Virus record (IMG/VR): IMGVR_UViG_3300005573_001035
Location: 64,001 to 128,000 of that record
Strand: one strand, 5' to 3'
From: a virus
Length of the DNA stretch: 64,000 bases
Shown: positions 58,777 to 64,000 of the stretch, piece by piece
Layout: the number at the start of each line of letters is the position of its first letter
Numbering within the stretch: position 1 is the stretch's first letter
Translations under genes and position numbers: made by a program
The notes under the pieces: model-generated
Databases searched by the model: none
Told to the model about the DNA's origin: nothing
Seen by the model: the letters and a program-made list of their open reading frames with translations, nothing else

Positions 58777-59960
58777 TTTTTTTGGACCGACTCAGACATG
58801 GTTTTCTGGAGCTTTGCCCTTAGTTTAGCAATCTTTTTCTGGATTTCCATATTGCACTTCTGAGGATTTCTGGTCTTAGAGCACAGTCTCGCAGATGACT
58901 GAAGCTGTTTAATTTCTGCCTGGATGGCTTGGGACTTGTACTTTCGAACGCAAGCATCAAAGGCTTTTCCTCTTTGTCCCCTACATGCCCTTGCAGCCTG
59001 AGAGAAGAATCTTCGATATATTTTTGTACCAGCATATAGAAGAGTTCCTGCCAAAGCCGCAGCCCCAATTCCACCAGCTAAAGCGGGATTAGTTTCAATC
59101 CACTTCTGGACAGGTCCCAGTTGTCCTTGCGCCTTATCTACAAGCCCTCGCATAGTGTCGTATGCACTTTGGGCTGCTCCTTGCGCAGTATTGTATGCAC
59201 TTTGGGCTGCTCCTCCAACTTTATTCATAAGAGCGGAAGCTGCAGAAGGCACTTCGCCCATCGTATCAAGTGCTGTGTCGGTGGGTACTTCGCCTATCGT
59301 ATCAAGTGCTGTGTTGGGACCCTCACCAGACAGCCCAGGAGCCACAGGCTTTTTAGCAGCCGCTTTAGCTGCGTTGAGCCTTGCAACCTCCCTAGTATAG
59401 GCAGCCGGGTCTGAAAGTGCAAGCCATGGATCGACAAAATCAGCTTCAAGAAGCATCTTAGCCTTGCCTAAAAGCTCCTTCTCCTTCAAGGGATCAAGAA
59501 CCGATCTAGATTCAGAAATAAGAGCCTTTATAAGTTTTTGCTTAGTTTGAGTCTTAATCTTTGAAGCTTCCTGCAGAGAAACATATGGAATTTTCTTTTT
59601 GCCCTTTAGATATTCCTTAGCTTCGCTAAGACGAGAACTCATCTTGTAGAAACGAAGGGGAAGAGAATTTCGAATCGCTTCGGCAAATTCCTTACCAACT
59701 CCTGCTTGAAGGAGAATTCTAGATGCTCTCCTGGTAAAAGTCTCATGTAGGACTAACTCTCTAGCAATATTAGACTTGTTAGAAGTTACTATGCCTCCAA
59801 TTACCATCTCTAAGATCTGGTAATCTGTGGCTTTGTTGAGAATAGCATCTTGGATTTTCTTCTTCTGATTTCTAGTCATTGGAAGAGAACTAATAGACTC
59901 AGAAAGCGAACTTCTAACATGACCTAGTAATAATAGAATTTCCTCATTAACATTAAGCAT
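58764..59960 (-). CDS. Four-Cys family virion protein
   Basis: ILNKATDYQILEMVI, MLLEAD, a hydrophobic helix, and FSQAARAC...C...CSKTRNPQKC. Short internal duplications TALDTxGEVP and GAAQSAY. Confidence 0.7.
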   Translation of the reverse strand: MLNVNEEILLLLGHVRSSLSESISSLPMTRNQKKKIQDAILNKATDYQILEMVIGGIVTSNKSNIARELVLHETFTRRASRILLQAGVGKEFAEAIRNSLPLRFYKMSSRLSEAKEYLKGKKKIPYVSLQEASKIKTQTKQKLIKALISESRSVLDPLKEKELLGKAKMLLEADFVDPWLALSDPAAYTREVARLNAAKAAAKKPVAPGLSGEGPNTALDTIGEVPTDTALDTMGEVPSAASALMNKVGGAAQSAYNTAQGAAQSAYDTMRGLVDKAQGQLGPVQKWIETNPALAGGIGAAALAGTLLYAGTKIYRRFFSQAARACRGQRGKAFDACVRKYKSQAIQAEIKQLQSSARLCSKTRNPQKCNMEIQKKIAKLRAKLQKTMSESVQKNFRK

Positions 59961-60033
59961 TTTTGGTTTTCCTCCTTGTTTTTCTCTATCTAGTAGGATT
60001 TTCTACTAAGCTTAGCATACAGAATCCAACACA

Positions 60034-61437
60034 TTATGCCTTGGATAGTTTTTGTCTCTTTTGGATTAGTTTCATTAGCCTCTTTCTTAGAAATGCCTGG
60101 CATTTCGAAGGATTGGATGTCTTTCTGCATAGAGACATACTAGACTGGACTTGTGAGATTTCTTTCGCCAAGGCTTCCCTCTTAGCTTTCTGTACGCACT
60201 CATCAAAAGCAGCTCCCTTTAAGTGAGAACACGCTCGGCCATACGCACTAATATGCCTCCGATAAATCCTTCTTCCAGCATAAGCCAATAAGCCAGCCAA
60301 CGCAACCCCACCAATAATGTGGGTTAGGGTTGGGTTGGAATCAACCCACTGCTTAACTTGCTGAAAAGAACCTTCATGTTTATCAATCATTTGCTTTAAA
60401 GCATTATAGAAATCTGAAATTTTCTCGCTCGCCTTATCAACTAGAGATGGAGTGGTGGCCCCAGGTTCTCCGCTAAGTGGTGGAACTTCTGTTTGTTCTG
60501 TTCCATAAGCAGACTCTGGATAGTGCCTTCCTGTAACTGCGCCAGAAAATTCGGGTCCAAGGCTATACTCATCCCCAGGTCCAGGTACAGATGCCGCTGG
60601 CTCGAGGCTTGTATAGTAGGGATGGGTAATTGGGTTTGGCCCAGTAGGTCCTCCTATATAACTAGGATGAAGGGCCATGGTTCCTCCAGATTTACCAAGT
60701 TCTCCGATCGCTTCTGGTGTTATAGTCCCAGCAGGAAGTGCATTCTCAGGACCTGCCCAGCCCCTTGCAGCATGGCGAACATCCTGCTGAGCAATTCGGG
60801 CAACGTCCGCTGGAGATGAGGATTGTCCAATTACCTTTTTCCAGTACTCATAAGGCGTCCTTAGGAAGAAATCTTTAGCTGCTTCAAGAGCGTCTCCCCT
60901 ACCCTGTTCAGCTAAAAGTCTAGCCTTAGACAAAAACTCCATTCTTTTCAAATTATCGAAGGTACTCTCCGACTCTCGAAGAAACGAGGCAATAAGAACT
61001 GGTCTTAGATTCTTTCTTACTTTCTTCATTTCATTTAAAGAAAGAGAAGGAAAAGATTTCTTTCCAGAAACAAACTTTTTGACTTCGGTTAATCTGGAGC
61101 TGGTCTTAAAGATTCTTAGAGGAACAGAATATGCAAAGACCTCGGAAAGTTCTTTTAAGGAACTTGACTTCTTAGATATAGACCTAAGTATAGAAGCAAC
61201 CTTAAAAGAAAAGGCCTCATGCAATATAACTTCCCTTGCAATGTCATGTTTCTTAGAAACCATTCGTCCATTAATTACCATTTCCAGAATCTGATAATCG
61301 GTTAGCTTGTTCAAAATAATATCTTTAGCACTGGCTCTGTTCTTTTTGGCAATGTAAGGAAGCAAGGCTTCTGAAAGAGCTTCTCGAATATGAAGTAAAA
61401 GAAGCATAGTTTCCTTTCTGGGATCATATTTAGCCAT
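60034..61437 (-). CDS. Four-Cys family virion protein
   Basis: ILNKLTDYQILEMVI, LLAEQG, Pro-rich linker, hydrophobic helix, and AC...C...CRKTSNPSKC. Confidence 0.7.
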   Translation of the reverse strand: MAKYDPRKETMLLLLHIREALSEALLPYIAKKNRASAKDIILNKLTDYQILEMVINGRMVSKKHDIAREVILHEAFSFKVASILRSISKKSSSLKELSEVFAYSVPLRIFKTSSRLTEVKKFVSGKKSFPSLSLNEMKKVRKNLRPVLIASFLRESESTFDNLKRMEFLSKARLLAEQGRGDALEAAKDFFLRTPYEYWKKVIGQSSSPADVARIAQQDVRHAARGWAGPENALPAGTITPEAIGELGKSGGTMALHPSYIGGPTGPNPITHPYYTSLEPAASVPGPGDEYSLGPEFSGAVTGRHYPESAYGTEQTEVPPLSGEPGATTPSLVDKASEKISDFYNALKQMIDKHEGSFQQVKQWVDSNPTLTHIIGGVALAGLLAYAGRRIYRRHISAYGRACSHLKGAAFDECVQKAKREALAKEISQVQSSMSLCRKTSNPSKCQAFLRKRLMKLIQKRQKLSKA

Positions 61438-61488
61438 GTTTACAAAGTCTCCTTTCCAAGAAATATTCTTTTAAGTGTGCTTATATAC

Positions 61489-62202
61489 TTATCGACGTCC
61501 ACCATATGTCTTAACAAGCTCTTTAGATCCTACAAATTGCTCCTGGATTCCCTTAATGTAGTTCAAAACCCATGGTTCTCGATAAGCATAATCAACATGG
61601 AATGGAATTTCAACGTCCAACCTAGCAATCGACTCAATATCAAAGGAATACAAGTCCTGAGGATCCTTTAGAGGGAAACACCCATCATAGCAAACAAAGT
61701 ACTCAACCGAAACACCATCTGGGGCAGTGGTCCAGTAATAGATCAAGCAACCAAAGGTCTTCATAGAATACCCATCGCCCTGGTCACCATCAATAAGATC
61801 AGTAGCCCCAGTTCTATAGTCTCTAATCATCTTAATCCAAGCATGGAAAATGTTGAGAATAGGAACCTTGTTAAATTCTAAGAACTTTATAGAAATTTCA
61901 TTACCATAATCAATGTTACCTGGCACTGCCCACTTCAAACCACCAAGACCAGGTAACTCAACTTTGGCCAGAGTTCCCCCAACTGGAGTTACAGAAAGAC
62001 ATGACGCAGATAGAATTAACTGGACTTCTGACAGAGAAGTAATGTTACTATCTAGCAATGAAACATAGTCTCCAAGCGCTCGAGGCAAACGATCAAACCA
62101 AGTAAAACCATACCCTGAAGTATAAGGATCAGCAGTTCCAGTTAACCCACCAAACTTACGACTAAATAGATTTTCCCTTAGAGCAGCAAAAGACGTTTTC
62201 AT
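61489..62202 (-). CDS. Tail tube protein (gp19-like)
   Basis: GLGGLKWAVPGNIDYGNEISIKFLE...IFHAW, YDGCFPLKDP and DVEIPFHVDY motifs. Confidence 0.75.
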   Translation of the reverse strand: MKTSFAALRENLFSRKFGGLTGTADPYTSGYGFTWFDRLPRALGDYVSLLDSNITSLSEVQLILSASCLSVTPVGGTLAKVELPGLGGLKWAVPGNIDYGNEISIKFLEFNKVPILNIFHAWIKMIRDYRTGATDLIDGDQGDGYSMKTFGCLIYYWTTAPDGVSVEYFVCYDGCFPLKDPQDLYSFDIESIARLDVEIPFHVDYAYREPWVLNYIKGIQEQFVGSKELVKTYGGRR

Positions 62203-62207
62203 TCAGA

Positions 62208-62462
62208 CTACCCCCTATTTTTAGAAGCGTGTGTATTTTTGTCCTTCTTGGATTTTGTAACCCTTCTTTTCTTTTTACTAGGCAAAGAAGCAGAGATGAT
62301 TGAGTTTCCAGCCGCTATGGAATCTGGATATGGAACTCGGAGGACAGACTTCTCTCTAGATGGGGCTGGAGAGTCTATTGGCAAAAAAGACTCAGCAACT
62401 TTTCTAGCATATTTCATGAACATAAACTCTACCATTGGATCAAAGAAGAAATCTGAATCCAT
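62208..62462 (-). CDS. Small hypothetical protein (likely start MDSDFF)
   Basis: ATG at 62462 with a GAGGAG RBS and the GAACAAAA motif at 62507-62514. Confidence 0.5.
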   Translation of the reverse strand: MDSDFFFDPMVEFMFMKYARKVAESFLPIDSPAPSREKSVLRVPYPDSIAAGNSIISASLPSKKKRRVTKSKKDKNTHASKNRG

Positions 62463-62588
62463 CAAGAAGATCTCCTCTTTTTGCAAAAAGATAGAATTTC
62501 CTAATATTTTGTTCTTAACATAGTTCAAATCTACAGAAAATGGATACTCAAAATATGAACAAATTAGTTTCTTAGTTACATACTAAGT

Positions 62589-63146
62589 TTATTCTTCTTG
62601 TTGGGATGTTGGGAGGCTGGAGGGACTTGTTTTCGAAAGAGAGACTTTTCTTCGGACTTGCATCGCGGAATCAACAGCTTCGATAAGCTCATAAATCTGC
62701 TCTTCTTCAAGAAGACCAGTTCCTGGACCATTTTGTCCAACTTTTCGAACCATCTCAAACTCATCTTTCAAAGATCTAGATATCTCCTTCCTTATTTCTA
62801 ATAGCACTCGGAATAACTCGCTCAGAGACTTAACTCTTTCCGTGTAAACCATTGAGTTTCTAAAATCTGGCCGGTCTGGAAAAAGGAGGTCTATCTTCTT
62901 CTTTGTATGATCCAATTCTTGGATTAATTGAAAAAGAGCATTTCGGTTCGTAGCAAATTCTTGAAGCAAAGAATTTAGTCGTTCCTGGGGATCTATGCTA
63001 TTAGGATTCGTGACTCCAGGAAGACCACACCCATCATCTATTGATACCGGAAGGTCCAAAGATGAAGAATTCTGGTCTTCCTGGAGTAGGGGATCTTGGT
63101 CTTCGAAATCAATCGAGGTAGTTAAACTTTCGTCTTGGGAACTCAT
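62589..63146 (-). CDS. Hypothetical coiled-coil protein (likely start MSSQDES)
   Basis: ATG at 63146 preceded by AGGAGG. Acidic N-terminus and helical core. Confidence 0.6.
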   Translation of the reverse strand: MSSQDESLTTSIDFEDQDPLLQEDQNSSSLDLPVSIDDGCGLPGVTNPNSIDPQERLNSLLQEFATNRNALFQLIQELDHTKKKIDLLFPDRPDFRNSMVYTERVKSLSELFRVLLEIRKEISRSLKDEFEMVRKVGQNGPGTGLLEEEQIYELIEAVDSAMQVRRKVSLSKTSPSSLPTSQQEE

Positions 63147-64000
63147 AAGTCCTCCTAGTTTTGGCCCAACTAGAAACCGGAGTAAAGTAACCAACAACGC
63201 GAGTGATGTAATCTGAAACTTTCTCCCCACAAATTGGACATATTTCCACTTTCTTTAAGACGGAGTGCCTATTTGGACATACAGAAAATACAGGATTCAA
63301 GGCAAAGTGCTCAAGACCACATGAAATGGCATATTGAATTAGTTTTTTCATTTGGTCTTTCGTTGCTGGGGCTCCAATATTTAGATGACTAATCATACCA
63401 CCTGTAAAGTACTTACTCATAATTCCATCAATTCTAGCTCTATCAAATAGGTCAATATCTAACCACAAAGGAACGAATTGGTTAGCATATAACATATGCT
63501 CATTGTCTCCAAAAAAGACCGCATCCTTTCTTGCCGACACAATAGCTGCGCCTTCTGCAGGAACTTGCTCAATGTTAATTGGAATAGAATACTGGTCTAT
63601 TTTATCTTTAGCTAATGAATTTAGATAGTTTAGAATTTCGATGGCAAAATCTTGATTCTCAATTAAATCATAGCCCATGTACCTGAGTCCCTCATAGAAA
63701 CCATTTATACCAACCGTAGAATAGAACATACGATCCAAATCAAACCACTTAAGAGGACTAAAGAATTGGAGACTCCCCTCTTCGATCTTATCCCTAAGAA
63801 GCATTCTATGAGCATAAAGAATCTTTACACTATCTTCAAAAGAATCTGCAATATGCATCTTAAATAAAGACTTATCTCCTCCGCTCATCCTACCTAGTCG
63901 TGCTACGTTAATTGTGCACACCCTGTGTGAGCCAATATTAATACCTCCATTCCCAAAACTATCAATCCCCTTGTATTGCATCAAATCAGCAACATTATTA
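63109..64000 (-). CDS. nrdD: Anaerobic ribonucleoside-triphosphate reductase, C-terminal part (5' end outside the window)
   Basis: TVGING, NIEQVPAEG, GGMISHLN, CPICG and the glycyl-radical motif TRVVGYF. Confidence 0.92.
   Translation of the reverse strand, partial: NNVADLMQYKGIDSFGNGGINIGSHRVCTINVARLGRMSGGDKSLFKMHIADSFEDSVKILYAHRMLLRDKIEEGSLQFFSPLKWFDLDRMFYSTVGINGFYEGLRYMGYDLIENQDFAIEILNYLNSLAKDKIDQYSIPINIEQVPAEGAAIVSARKDAVFFGDNEHMLYANQFVPLWLDIDLFDRARIDGIMSKYFTGGMISHLNIGAPATKDQMKKLIQYAISCGLEHFALNPVFSVCPNRHSVLKKVEICPICGEKVSDYITRVVGYFTPVSSWAKTRRTYEFPRRKFNYLD

Noticed and set aside
58777-58783. A_AAA_AAC as a canonical -1 slippery site extending the protein
   Set aside because: The -1 frame hits TAG within two codons. 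Only +1 (or -2) links the two ORFs.
18907-62202. Bacterial T6SS, tailocin or eCIS locus
   Set aside because: Terminase, RecA/UvsX, NrdD and head-type proteins, with no T6SS membrane complex, indicate a phage genome.

Overview
This window comes from a large tailed dsDNA phage with a T4-like or jumbo contractile (myovirus) tail. It uses the standard genetic code and is almost entirely on the minus strand, apart from one plus-strand block (33947-41921). Recognisable genes include a large terminase, tape measure, tail tube, and baseplate proteins of the gp5, gp6 (two copies), gp25, gp26/gp51 and gp53 types. There is also a RecA/UvsX, a Cas4-like nuclease, a KhpA-like KH protein and a partial NrdD. 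The first ~24 kb is the most unusual part. Three proteins, one of them the gp5-like central spike itself, carry Gly-(Phe/Tyr)-Ser triplet repeats of up to ~1170 aa. Their genes are interleaved with beta-propeller and adhesin paralogs and with modifying enzymes (glycosyltransferases, radical SAM, methyltransferase-like protein, CX5R phosphatase), which suggests a phage-encoded system for building and modifying fibres. The right end has six paralogous, probably processed internal virion proteins with a four-Cys C-terminal domain. I also found two candidate +1 frameshift sites and a recurring upstream motif, GAACAAA(A/T). No tRNA, rRNA, CRISPR array, intein or reverse transcriptase was seen. All family assignments were made by recognising motifs by eye, without database searches.
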